In this document: one piece after another, positions 37,578-46,325 of the stretch
Layout of the letters: each line of letters begins with the position of its first letter
How positions within the stretch are numbered: position 1 is the stretch's first letter
From: Planctomycetales bacterium
Lineage (GTDB): Bacteria > Planctomycetota > Planctomycetia > Pirellulales > S012-138
Length of the DNA stretch: 64,000 bases
NCBI GenBank assembly: GCA_015488215.1
Contig: WFOE01000088.1
Coordinates: 5,646 to 69,645 of the forward strand
Direction of reading: 5' to 3'
The notes under the pieces: model-generated
What the model saw: the letters and a program-made list of their open reading frames with translations, nothing else
Database searches by the model: none
Told to the model about the DNA's origin: nothing
Made by a program: the position numbers and the translations under genes

Positions 37578-39029
37578 TCACTTGGCTCGCAGGGCGTTTT
37601 TCACCCGGCGCAGTTGGGCCGCTTCGGGCAGGAGCTTGTAGAATCGGTCCAGCGGATAGCAGCCCGAGGGAAGCCCGTTCCGAGGTCCCGTGGTGCAATC
37701 GCTAAAAGTGCGGCAGATGCGCCGCCGGTCCAGCCGGCCGGTGTTCAACACGTCCCAGGGCAGTTCCGGGTAGGAAAGCACCATGCGGCCCAGCCCCACG
37801 TAGTCGGCCCACCCCTGCCGCACCACGCCTTGGGCCACATGGGGCAGGTAGTCTTGCAAGTAAGTGTAGCCGGTGCCCACCACGGGCAGATGGGGCAGTT
37901 CTTCCTTGCACTGCCGGGTTACTTCCAGCAGCCGCCCGACGCCTACGAGCGGGTCTTCCGGGGGCGGGTAGCCGTCGCTGGGCGGAAACTGCGCCGGCCG
38001 CTGGGCGTGCGGGCAGTAGTAAGGGCTGCCCCCGCTCAGGTTCACCGCGGCCACGCCCCAGTCCCGCAAGTGGCGCAGCAACTGGAACGTCTCGTGCAAC
38101 AAGGGCCGAGTGGGCTGCTGGGGATCGACGCCGAATCCCCAGCGGTAGGGAAGCAATTCTTCCCGCAGGCGAGGGCGGCCACCATCGGGCCCCGGGCCGA
38201 AAGGCACCAGATCAAACGCGCTGAGCCGTACTCCGATCACCAGCCCAGGACACTCGCGGCGAATGGCCTGGATAATCATTCGCAGCAGCCGCGAGCGGCC
38301 TTCCAGCGATCCGCCAAACGGGCCGGGCCGCAGATGGGCTCCCAGCAGCTCGTGCAACAGGTAGCCGTGGCAGGCCTTCACGTCCACGAAGTCGAAACCC
38401 ACCTCGGCGGCAAGTTGGGCCGCTTCCACGTACCGGGGCACCAGGGCTTCTAGTTCCTGGTCGCTCAGCACGGCCGCGGCGTCTTCCGGACCCAGACCCA
38501 CCTGGGGGTCCAGCAGCGGATGGTGCCAGGCGATCCGCGGCCGCGGCTTGCCATGGGGACAGGAGAACCGGCCCGAGTGCGTCAGTTGCAGTCCGACGAC
38601 TAACCCCTCCAGCGAGCCGCAGCGACGGAGATGGGCCTGTTTGAGTTCTTCCAGCAGCAGTTGGAACCCACGGCGGTTTTCTTCCGCGGCGAGCAGTTGC
38701 CGGGGATTGGCTCGGCCCTCGGGCACCACGGCCACCGCTTCGCCGCCCCAGATGAGCTTAGCCCCGCTGGTGCCGAAGTGGCGCCAGCGCCGCAGCGTCA
38801 GCGGCGAAGGGCCGCCGCCCCATTGGCCGTCCCATCCTTCCATCGGATGGATGCACCAGCGGTTGCCTACGTTCAACGGGCCGATGCGACCGGGCTGGGC
38901 CAGCGGGGAGCCTTCCCGGGCCGTAAGCACGCGATCCTCCACGGGCAGGGCCAGCCCCAGTTCCTGCAACCGCTGCCGGAACGCGGCCACCGTTTTGAGT
39001 TGGCTGATGCTGGGGAAACGCCGGGCCAT
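37578..39029 (-). CDS. NADH:flavin oxidoreductase, Old Yellow Enzyme / 2,4-dienoyl-CoA-reductase-like family
   Basis: Start set at MARRFPSISQL (minus-strand ATG 39029). TIM-barrel OYE-like motifs (NRWCIHPMEGWD, GFDFVDVKACHGYLLHELL) and a Cys-containing C-terminal tail. Confidence 0.82.
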   Translation of the reverse strand: MARRFPSISQLKTVAAFRQRLQELGLALPVEDRVLTAREGSPLAQPGRIGPLNVGNRWCIHPMEGWDGQWGGGPSPLTLRRWRHFGTSGAKLIWGGEAVAVVPEGRANPRQLLAAEENRRGFQLLLEELKQAHLRRCGSLEGLVVGLQLTHSGRFSCPHGKPRPRIAWHHPLLDPQVGLGPEDAAAVLSDQELEALVPRYVEAAQLAAEVGFDFVDVKACHGYLLHELLGAHLRPGPFGGSLEGRSRLLRMIIQAIRRECPGLVIGVRLSAFDLVPFGPGPDGGRPRLREELLPYRWGFGVDPQQPTRPLLHETFQLLRHLRDWGVAAVNLSGGSPYYCPHAQRPAQFPPSDGYPPPEDPLVGVGRLLEVTRQCKEELPHLPVVGTGYTYLQDYLPHVAQGVVRQGWADYVGLGRMVLSYPELPWDVLNTGRLDRRRICRTFSDCTTGPRNGLPSGCYPLDRFYKLLPEAAQLRRVKNALRAK

Positions 39030-39180
39030 TGGGACGCTTCGTTGCCTGAAGGAAAGACCGCCCCGAGGAGCCGCACTCGGCCGCACCCCAGGGGCCGGAA
39101 GGTCCCCCCATAGTTACCAGAAAACGGCCCGCTGCGTCAGAGGGCCGGGCGTTCCCTACGGCTGTGAGCCGGAAAGAGCG

Positions 39181-39499
39181 TGGGGAGTGGGGGCTTGGAG
39201 GCGTGGAAGGGTTGGGGAGTGCTTCCGCTCCGATGCGAGAAGGAACGCCAATAACTCGCACTCGGCGAGCCCCGGACTTCGTCCGGGGAGGTCGGAAGAA
39301 ACCGGAAAAAACGCTTTCGTTGTTTCTCCTCCGCCAGCTAAAGCTGGCAGCTCGCCGTTTCCAAGAATCTGCGTTTATTCCCGCCTGGAGCGGAAGCTCC
39401 TGCTCAAGACCCAAGACCAAGACTCAAGACCTCTTTCGTCCGGGTCTCGCCGAAGCGGAAACGGCACATCAACGGCGAGCCGGGAGGGTAAGCTCCCGG
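39181..39499. repeat. mosaic hairpin-repeat family copy (site R4)
   Basis: G-rich tract (39181-39220), gcttccgctccgatgcgagaagg, GGCGAGC-cccggac-ttc-gtccggg, ccgccagc-taaa-gctggcag-ctcgcc, ggagcggaagctcc, a CAAGAC run (39404-39430), ggcgagccgggagggtaagctcccgg. Confidence 0.85.
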
Positions 39500-39559
39500 T
39501 GGACGGGGCGGCCGCTAGCGGTTGGGTACTTCTAACTAATGGGGGAGTGTCACGGCGTC

Positions 39560-40330
39560 CTACTGTTCCGCTGGGCAGTAGATGCTCCGCCCGCCGTCCA
39601 CCGGCAGGCACACGCCGGTCAGGAACGGGTTATCCACCAAGGCCAGTACGGCTTGGACCACGGCGGCGGCTCCTCCTTGCTGTTTGACCAGCGTGGCGTC
39701 GATGACGCGCTGCCGGGCCTTCGGGTCCATATCCTCCGGCAGCAGCACGGGGCCAGGCAGCAGGGCGTTGACCCGCACCCGAGGGTTACGCGTGCCCAGC
39801 TCCACGGCCAGCGAACGGGTCAGTGCTTCCACGGCTCCCTTGGCGGCAAAGTAGGCCGCGTAGTGGCGATAGGGGCGCGTGGTGGCCCAATCGCCGAAGT
39901 TGACGATGAGTCCGCCTTCGCTCTGGGCAATCATCTGCCTGCCGGCGGCCAAGGCGCAGAGGAACGTGCCCAGGGTGTTGACTTCCCAGTGGTGGCGGAT
40001 GGCCTGGGCGGAAAGATTTTCCAGCGGCACGGCCTCCCACACGGAGGCGGTGTTTACCAGCAGGTCGATCCGCCCCCAGTGGTCGAGCAACTCCTGGAAC
40101 ATCCGCTCGATCTGCTCTTCGCTGCGCAGGTCGGCACCCAGGGCCAGTGCCTCGTGCCCGGCGGCCTGCCACGCGGCGGCACTCTGGCGGGCCTGGTCCA
40201 GATGGGCATGGGCGTGCAACGCCACCCGGTAGCCGCGGTCGCGCAGCGCCAGGGCCACATGGTAGCCCAAGCGCCGCCGCCCGCTGCCGGTGACCAGCGC
40301 CACCGGGGCGGTGTGCTGCGAGGCGGTCAT
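39560..40330 (-). CDS. SDR family oxidoreductase (pteridine-reductase-like)
   Basis: VALVTGSGRRRLG cofactor motif, NTAS, and Y..AAYFAAK catalytic Tyr-Lys. Confidence 0.85.
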   Translation of the reverse strand: MTASQHTAPVALVTGSGRRRLGYHVALALRDRGYRVALHAHAHLDQARQSAAAWQAAGHEALALGADLRSEEQIERMFQELLDHWGRIDLLVNTASVWEAVPLENLSAQAIRHHWEVNTLGTFLCALAAGRQMIAQSEGGLIVNFGDWATTRPYRHYAAYFAAKGAVEALTRSLAVELGTRNPRVRVNALLPGPVLLPEDMDPKARQRVIDATLVKQQGGAAAVVQAVLALVDNPFLTGVCLPVDGGRSIYCPAEQ

Positions 40331-40343
40331 CGCCGGAGGGCCT

Positions 40344-41399
40344 CTAGCGGCGTTTGCGGAAAGGGAAAAACCCCTGGGTGCGCGTCTTGATCCGGCACAG
40401 GTACATGTCGGCGGTCATGTAAAGCCAGTCGCCGTCGGGTCCGCCAAAGCAGCAGTTGGCCGTCTTTTCCCAGGTGTCGATCCGGCCCAGCAGCGTCCCG
40501 TCGGGATGGAACACATAGACCCCGCCCGGTCCGGTGGCGAACACGTGCCCGGTGCGGGCCACAGCCATCCCGTCGGGCAGTCCGGGCAGCCCTTGCTGGA
40601 ATTCCTTCGTGGCGTTGTAGAGCACGCGGCTGCGGCCCAGCGTGCCGTCGGGCTTCACCTCGAAGGCTTTCCACAACGGGGCGTTGGGATCCGATTGGGC
40701 CACGTACAGCGTCTTTTCGTCCGGCGAGAAGCCAATCCCGTTGGGTCGGGTCATCTCCTTGGTCAGCAGGGTGAGCTTGCCGTTGGTCGAAAGGCGATAG
40801 ACGCCAAAGAAGTCCAGTTCCCGATGAGGGTCCTCGGCCCGGCGGGGCAGCCCGTACGGTGGGTCGGTAAAGTACAGGTCCCCGTTGGACTTGAACACCA
40901 AGTCGTTGGGACTGTTGAGCCGCTTGCCCTTGTAGTGGCTGACGAGCACGCGTTTGATGGCGTCTTTTTCCCGCACCAGCACCGTGATGCGGCGGTTGCC
41001 GTGTTCGCACATCACCAGACGTCCTTCGGGATCAAGGGCCAGCCCGTTGGTACCCGGCTCGCCTCCCCAGGGACCTTCGCCGGTGTAGCCGGCCGGTTTC
41101 ATGAACAGGCTCAGGCCCTCCTTGGGCGACCAGCGCCAGATGGCGTTGCGGGGGATGTCGCTAAAGAGCAGGTATCCGCCCTGTCGGGGAACCCACACCG
41201 GACCTTCGGCCCAGGCGAACCCGTGGGCCAGCACTTCGATCTGGGCGTCGCGGGAGAGGACTTCGTCCAGCCGGGGGTCTAGACGGACCACTTCGCCGAT
41301 GGTTTTGATTTCCCCGGCCCAAGTGATTTCGGCCAGGGGGAACGAAGCCAGGGCCAGCGTGGCGAGCAGGATTGCCCTCGGGATGGAAAAGCCGCGCAT
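40344..41399 (-). CDS. SMP-30/gluconolactonase/LRE family protein, secreted
   Basis: Start moved to MRGFSIPRAILLATLALASFPLA (minus-strand ATG 41399). AEGPVW...LLFSDIP...NGLALDPEG...PNDLVF...PNGIGFSPD propeller repeats. Confidence 0.85.
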   Translation of the reverse strand: MRGFSIPRAILLATLALASFPLAEITWAGEIKTIGEVVRLDPRLDEVLSRDAQIEVLAHGFAWAEGPVWVPRQGGYLLFSDIPRNAIWRWSPKEGLSLFMKPAGYTGEGPWGGEPGTNGLALDPEGRLVMCEHGNRRITVLVREKDAIKRVLVSHYKGKRLNSPNDLVFKSNGDLYFTDPPYGLPRRAEDPHRELDFFGVYRLSTNGKLTLLTKEMTRPNGIGFSPDEKTLYVAQSDPNAPLWKAFEVKPDGTLGRSRVLYNATKEFQQGLPGLPDGMAVARTGHVFATGPGGVYVFHPDGTLLGRIDTWEKTANCCFGGPDGDWLYMTADMYLCRIKTRTQGFFPFRKRR

Positions 41400-41613
41400 G
41401 GTTCCAATCTCCTTTGCCGCGGGAAAGACAAGCTGGCTGGTTGTAACCGGCGGAAAAGCCCGGTAGAAAAAACGCACCACCTGGGCAAACAGTCGTTCCA
41501 AAGCGTATCGCTTCGCACCGGGGATTGCAAACCGGGACGCCCGCGGCCCCCGGGGCGATCCGCTGCGGAAAAGCCGCAGACGCGCAGCTTGAGTTGCTGG
41601 GAGCAGCCCCTTT

Positions 41614-42339
41614 ATGCGATTGCAGTTTGCAGGCCAGCGGGTGCTGGCCGTGATGGCCCATCCGGACGATCTGGAGCTGCTCTGCGCCGGCACGCTGGCG
41701 CGGGCTTGCCAGGACGGAGCAGCCGTGGCCGTGTGCGTGGTTTGCCGGGGGGACCGGGGCGGGTTGCCGCCGGGTATCGCGGGCCCGGACCAACTGGCCG
41801 CCCTTCGCCGCCAGGAAGCCGAAGCGGCCCTGCGGCTCCTTTCGGCCGAAGCGGAGCTGTTCTGGCTCGACGTGCCCGATTCCCAGGCGGCCGACACGCA
41901 CTCCCTGCGGCAGAAGTTGCTGGGCGTGCTGCGGCGCTTCCGCCCCCGGCTGCTGGTGACGCACGACGTGAACGACTACCATGCCGATCACCGGGCCACG
42001 GCCCAACTGGCCCAGGCGGCAAGCTGGATGGCCGCCTCGCCCGGGCAGCAGGACGGCCAGGAACCGCTCCCCTGTCCTCCGGAACTGTGGCTGGCCGATA
42101 CCGTGCTGGGCCTGGATTTCCAGCCGCATTTTTACATCGACATTACCGACCATCTGGAACTGAAACGCCGCATGCTGCAGTGCCACCGGAGCCAGTTGGC
42201 CCGGGCCGAAGAAGCGGGCTTTTCGGACCTGGACCACCTGCTGGTGCAGCAGGCCCGGTGGCGAGGAGCCCAGTCGGGCGTTCCGGCCGCCGAGGCGTTT
42301 CGGACCCTGCCGCGTTGGAAGCGACTGGCCGCCTGGTAG
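41614..42339 (+). CDS. PIG-L (LmbE-like) family deacetylase
   Basis: VLAVMAHPDDLELLCAG zinc-site motif; HDVNDYHADHRA second motif. Confidence 0.88.
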   Translation: MRLQFAGQRVLAVMAHPDDLELLCAGTLARACQDGAAVAVCVVCRGDRGGLPPGIAGPDQLAALRRQEAEAALRLLSAEAELFWLDVPDSQAADTHSLRQKLLGVLRRFRPRLLVTHDVNDYHADHRATAQLAQAASWMAASPGQQDGQEPLPCPPELWLADTVLGLDFQPHFYIDITDHLELKRRMLQCHRSQLARAEEAGFSDLDHLLVQQARWRGAQSGVPAAEAFRTLPRWKRLAAW

Positions 42340-42364
42340 CGAACGTCGCAGAACGGGCAAGCCG

Positions 42365-43954
42365 ATGCTGCTTGGTTACTTGAGCAACCAGCGTTACGAA
42401 CCGGTGCCAGGGGCCCAGGTGGAAATCCGCCGGGCCGACGGCAAGCCGGTGTTGCAAACCGCCACCGCCGCCTCGGGGGCCATCTACGGCCAGCTTCCCC
42501 CAGGCCGGTACGAAGTGATACTGGCCGCACCCGGGTACTGTGCCCGACGCAGCCGGATTCGCGTGCCGCAGGAAGTTCCCAAGGCGTTTCGCATCCTCTC
42601 CACCGAGCTTACCGGCTACGTGTGGCCCAAGTGGGTCCAAGCCGGACAAGCGGGTGAGTTTCGCGTCCACAGCACCCGGGCCTATCAACTGAGCCTGTGG
42701 CGGTATGGGTTGCAAAAGGAGCTGGTCCGCCCGTTGGGCTGGTTTGACGAACACGCCCCCGGCAGCGAAGTGCAACTGGTTCCCGACGGCGACTGGACCC
42801 AACAAGGTCTGCGGTGGAACCGCGTGGGATACGATAGCCCGGTGCATCCGCAACGGGTAACGGCTCCCGAGCGGCCGGGGCTTTATTACTTCCACGCCCG
42901 GGACGAAGCCGGGGCGGAGTTCTCCTTTCCCTGGATCGTGGCTCCCCGAACTCCCCAGGCCCCGGTAGCCGTGCTGCTGGCCAACCTGACCTGGAACGCG
43001 TACAACAACTTCGGCGGCCGCAGCAACTACGTGCATCCCGAGGGACTGCCCGCAGTTCCGCCAGTCCACGCCCGCAGCGAAATCGCCTACTACACGAACC
43101 GCCCCCGCACCCGATACACGGTGGAGCAGTACCCGGCCCTGTCGCTGGACCGGCCCGAGCCGATGAACCACGTGCCGCTTGCGGCCCAGGCGTGGGAACC
43201 GATCCTGGGCCGGAACGCCTGCCATCTGGCCCCGGCCGAGTGGCGCCTGCTGGCCTGGCTGGAACGCCAGGGGGTGGCCTACGACACCTGGGCCGAAACG
43301 CAACTGCACGCCGGGCTGCTGCCGCTGGAACGCTACCGGGTGCTCATCCTCGGGCCCCATCCGGAATACTGGACCGAAACGATGTACCGCCGCGTCAAAC
43401 ACTGGGTCCATCACGAAGGGGGGCGGCTGATCTACCTGGGCGGCAACGGGATCAACTGCGCGGTCACCCTTTCCGAAGACCTTTCGGCCATGACCGTGCT
43501 CAACGGCGACGAGCGCCGCCAACAGGCCCAGGGAGTGCCCAGCCGGTTCGCCGACCGCGTGGAGCCGGAAGCGGCCTTGCTTGGCGTGATGTACGACACC
43601 CGTGGCGTGATGACCGCGGCCCCTTACCGTGTGGTGGACGCCGGGCACTGGGTGTTCCAGGATACGGGACTGGGTGACCAGGAGCCGTTCGGGCACCATA
43701 CGCTGCACCAGCGCGTGCCGGGGGGAGCCTCGGGCCACGAAACGGACAAACGCTGCGAAGCCTCTCCGCCCGGCACCCACCTGCTGGCCAAGGGGACCAA
43801 CCCGCAAGACGGCGGGGCCGAAATGACCGTGTACGAAACCGCCTCGGGCGGAGCGGTGTTTGCGGCCGGTTCGATCACCTACACCGCGGCGCTGCTGGTG
43901 GATCGGCACGTAAGCCAGATTACCTGGAACGTGCTGCGCCGTTTTCTGCAGTAG
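42365..43954 (+). CDS. carboxypeptidase-regulatory-like domain + N,N-dimethylformamidase-beta-subunit-like (DUF6605-type) protein
   Basis: N-terminal GAQVEIRRADG...GRYEVILAAPGY beta-sandwich. The later ANLTWNAYNNFGGRSNY and GPHPEYWT...GGRLIYLGGNG resemble the DMFase large-subunit family as I remember it. Confidence 0.65.
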   Translation: MLLGYLSNQRYEPVPGAQVEIRRADGKPVLQTATAASGAIYGQLPPGRYEVILAAPGYCARRSRIRVPQEVPKAFRILSTELTGYVWPKWVQAGQAGEFRVHSTRAYQLSLWRYGLQKELVRPLGWFDEHAPGSEVQLVPDGDWTQQGLRWNRVGYDSPVHPQRVTAPERPGLYYFHARDEAGAEFSFPWIVAPRTPQAPVAVLLANLTWNAYNNFGGRSNYVHPEGLPAVPPVHARSEIAYYTNRPRTRYTVEQYPALSLDRPEPMNHVPLAAQAWEPILGRNACHLAPAEWRLLAWLERQGVAYDTWAETQLHAGLLPLERYRVLILGPHPEYWTETMYRRVKHWVHHEGGRLIYLGGNGINCAVTLSEDLSAMTVLNGDERRQQAQGVPSRFADRVEPEAALLGVMYDTRGVMTAAPYRVVDAGHWVFQDTGLGDQEPFGHHTLHQRVPGGASGHETDKRCEASPPGTHLLAKGTNPQDGGAEMTVYETASGGAVFAAGSITYTAALLVDRHVSQITWNVLRRFLQ

Positions 43955-44044
43955 CCCGCCCCCGGCCCCAAGGCGCTTGCCCGCCCACTGGCCAGTTGCC
44001 CGGAGCGAACCGCCCAAGGAGATTCCATCCAGGAGCAAATCCCC

Positions 44045-44476
44045 ATGCCGCAAGAAGAACCCGGCGTGCTGCACCGGCTCCAGGCCGTGTTGCGCAAGCG
44101 GAAGGAACAGCCCAGCGAAAAGTCCTACACCTGCCAGCTTCTGGCCGGCGGGCTGCCGCGGCTGGAAGCGAAGCTGCGCGAGGAAGTGCAGGAACTGCTC
44201 GAAGCGGCCGCACGGCACGGTACGCCCCAGGACGACCCGGCCCATACGGTTTACGAAGCGGCCGACGTGATGTATCACCTGCTGGTGTTGTTGACCTGGG
44301 CCGACGTGGACTGGGCCCAGGTGGAAGCGGAACTGGCCCGGCGGTTCGGCACCTCGGGGCTGGAGGAAAAGGCCGCCCGGGGGAAATCGGTCGGCGGCGA
44401 GCCTGTCAGCGGGAAGTCCCTCCCCGGCCAGTCGCCACCGTCGGACCGGGCAGCCCAGGGAGAATCCTCGCCATGA
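44045..44476 (+). CDS. hisE: phosphoribosyl-ATP pyrophosphatase
   Basis: SYTCQLLAGG...KLREEVQELLEAA...EAADVMYHLLVLL pattern. It has a ~40-aa C-terminal tail, and its stop overlaps the hisG ATG (ATGA at 44473). Confidence 0.88.
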   Translation: MPQEEPGVLHRLQAVLRKRKEQPSEKSYTCQLLAGGLPRLEAKLREEVQELLEAAARHGTPQDDPAHTVYEAADVMYHLLVLLTWADVDWAQVEAELARRFGTSGLEEKAARGKSVGGEPVSGKSLPGQSPPSDRAAQGESSP

Positions 44477-45327
44477 ACCGGACGCTCCGCATCGGCGTGC
44501 CCAGCAAGGGACGGTTGGCCGACCTTTCGGCCGAACTGCTCCAGCAGGCCGGCTTGAGCTTTCGCCGCCAGCAGCGGAGCTTGTTCGCCCGCTGCAAGGA
44601 AATGCCGGTGGAAATTACCTTCCTCCGCACCGACGACATCCCGGTGCTGTGTGCCGAAGGGGCCATCGACCTGGGCATCACCGGCAGCGACCTGGTGGCC
44701 GAAAGCCAGGCCCAGGTGGAAACCGTGCTGGAACTGGGCGTGGGCCACTGCCGCCTGGCTCTTTGCCTGCCGGAAGACCGCCCGGCCGAAAGCGTCCGGG
44801 AACTGGGCGGTGCGCGCGTGGCCACCAGTTTTCCGCACCTGACCGAAGCGTTTTTCCGACAACAAGACGTCCAGGTGCATCTGGTGCCGCTGTCCGGCTC
44901 GGTGGAAGTGATGATTACCCTGGGCGTGGCCGACGCCATTGTCGATCTGGTGGAAACCGGCTCCACGCTGGCGGCCAATCGGCTGCGGGTGCTGGAAGAA
45001 ATCGGCCAGTACCAGACCGTGCTAATCCAGTACCCCGGCACGCCCCACGTGGAACTGGCCCGGCGGATCGCCCGCCGTCTGGAAGGGGTGGTCATTGCCC
45101 GCAGCTACTCGCTGCTGGAATACAACATCCCGCGGGAAAAGTTGCCGCAGGCCGAAAAGATTACCCCGGGCTTCCATTCGCCCACGGTAAGCGCGCTGGA
45201 GGACCCGAACTGGTGTGCGGTTCGTGTCATGGTCCGCCGGGGCGAGGTGCTGCAAATTATGGAACAACTGGAACAACTGGGCGCCACGGCCATCCTGGAG
45301 ACGCAGATTGTCAATTGCCGATTGTAG
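44473..45327 (+). CDS. hisG: ATP phosphoribosyltransferase, long form
   Basis: LRIGVPSKGRL, DLGITGSDL, VDLVETGSTLAANRL and the C-terminal regulatory domain. The track ORF from 43996 is a spurious 5' extension. Confidence 0.92.
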   Translation: MNRTLRIGVPSKGRLADLSAELLQQAGLSFRRQQRSLFARCKEMPVEITFLRTDDIPVLCAEGAIDLGITGSDLVAESQAQVETVLELGVGHCRLALCLPEDRPAESVRELGGARVATSFPHLTEAFFRQQDVQVHLVPLSGSVEVMITLGVADAIVDLVETGSTLAANRLRVLEEIGQYQTVLIQYPGTPHVELARRIARRLEGVVIARSYSLLEYNIPREKLPQAEKITPGFHSPTVSALEDPNWCAVRVMVRRGEVLQIMEQLEQLGATAILETQIVNCRL

Positions 45328-45369
45328 CGGGGCGGGGAAGCCGTTCCTTTTCGGATATCGCCGTCCGCT

Positions 45370-45398
45370 TTGGAACTTCCCCCGCGGTGGTTTATAAT
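45370..45398 (+). promoter_or_regulatory. candidate sigma70-type promoter (TTGGAA-17 nt-TATAAT)
   Basis: Read directly; a consensus -10 hexamer about 53 nt upstream of the regulator ATG (45452). Sequence-only prediction. Confidence 0.4.
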
Positions 45399-45451
45399 GG
45401 CCGCAGAGCCGTTTTGCCCCGTCGATACCTCCTGATTGTGAGCTTTGGTTT

Positions 45452-46102
45452 ATGGCTTCCCAAGAGATCAGTGGTGCGGGTCTGCGGATTTTGCGTTTGC
45501 TGGTGGGTCGTCGTCCCCGAACCGTGGCCGAGCTGATGGCCGAAGCTGGGGTCACCCGCACCGCGGTGACCGAACAGCTCAGCGAGCTGATGGCTGCCGG
45601 GCTGGTGGAGCGCACCACGCAGCGAGTTTCCCGCCGCGGACGCCCGTGCCACTTGTATCGGGCTACGCCGCGGGCGATCGATCTGCTTTCCAAGAGCAAC
45701 CTTCGCCGCGTGCTCCCGGCGCTGCTTTCGGTGTTGCAGGAGCGGCTGGGAAACGAAGAAACCCTGGCCCTGCTCGACCAGGTGAGCCGCCGTGTGGCCC
45801 AGCAGTATCAGGCCCGAATCGACGCCCCCTCGCTGGAGGATCGGGTGCGGCAGTTGGCTCAGTTGCTGGAAGAGGAAGGTATCCTTGTGGAAGTGCAAAG
45901 GCGCGACGGCCGCCTGGTGCTGCGGCAGCGCACGTGCCCTTATGTAGAGATGGTGGACGAGCGGCGGATTGCCTGCCAGATGGAACAGCAAATCCTGTCC
46001 CATGCCATCGGCCAGCCGCTGGAACTGTGCGATTGCCGCCTGGACGGCTCTTGCGGGTGCGAGTTCGTGGTGGCCGCCCCGGCGGTAAGTGCCGAGTCGT
46101 AG
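45452..46102 (+). CDS. winged-helix (ArsR/SufR-like) transcriptional regulator with C-terminal Cys cluster
   Basis: N-terminal HTH LRILRLLVGRRPRTVAELMAEAGVTRTAVTEQLSELMAAGLV. The C-terminal cysteines CPYVEMVDERRIAC...C.C....C.C resemble COG2345/SufR-type regulators. Confidence 0.75.
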   Translation: MASQEISGAGLRILRLLVGRRPRTVAELMAEAGVTRTAVTEQLSELMAAGLVERTTQRVSRRGRPCHLYRATPRAIDLLSKSNLRRVLPALLSVLQERLGNEETLALLDQVSRRVAQQYQARIDAPSLEDRVRQLAQLLEEEGILVEVQRRDGRLVLRQRTCPYVEMVDERRIACQMEQQILSHAIGQPLELCDCRLDGSCGCEFVVAAPAVSAES

Positions 46103-46325
46103 GCGTCGCATCCCTCGCAGGTGGTGCTGCGGGCCCGGCCGATTGTCATCTCTGGTCGCCCGAGGTGACGAAAACCTATAATAGGTCGCAGGACTCGTCC
46201 GGGGCACTTTGCCCTGGGAGGAGACGACCGGGCCGAGGCCGCAGGAACCGCTTCTGCGAAGCCCCTCCTTGTGCCTCCCGCGTGTTTCGGCCTCCCCCGC
46301 CCCAGGCCAGCAGACCAGGCAAGTT

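Noticed and set aside
42143-44278. Very long antisense or off-frame ORFs (this 711-aa one; also 360..1679, 8538..9827, 27939..29258, 36160..37269, 56623..58692, 61956..63977 and many others)
   Set aside because: Each overlaps a gene with strong family motifs on the other strand or frame. Their translations are Arg/Gly/Pro/Ala-rich low-information sequence typical of shadow ORFs in high-GC DNA, and none shows a recognisable motif.
43996-44472. 5' extension of hisG (track ORF 43996..45327) overlapping hisE
   Set aside because: The extension is out of frame with the well-supported hisE and is Arg/Gly/Pro-rich. HisG homology begins at MNRTLRIGVPSKG (44473), with an ATGA overlap to the hisE stop.
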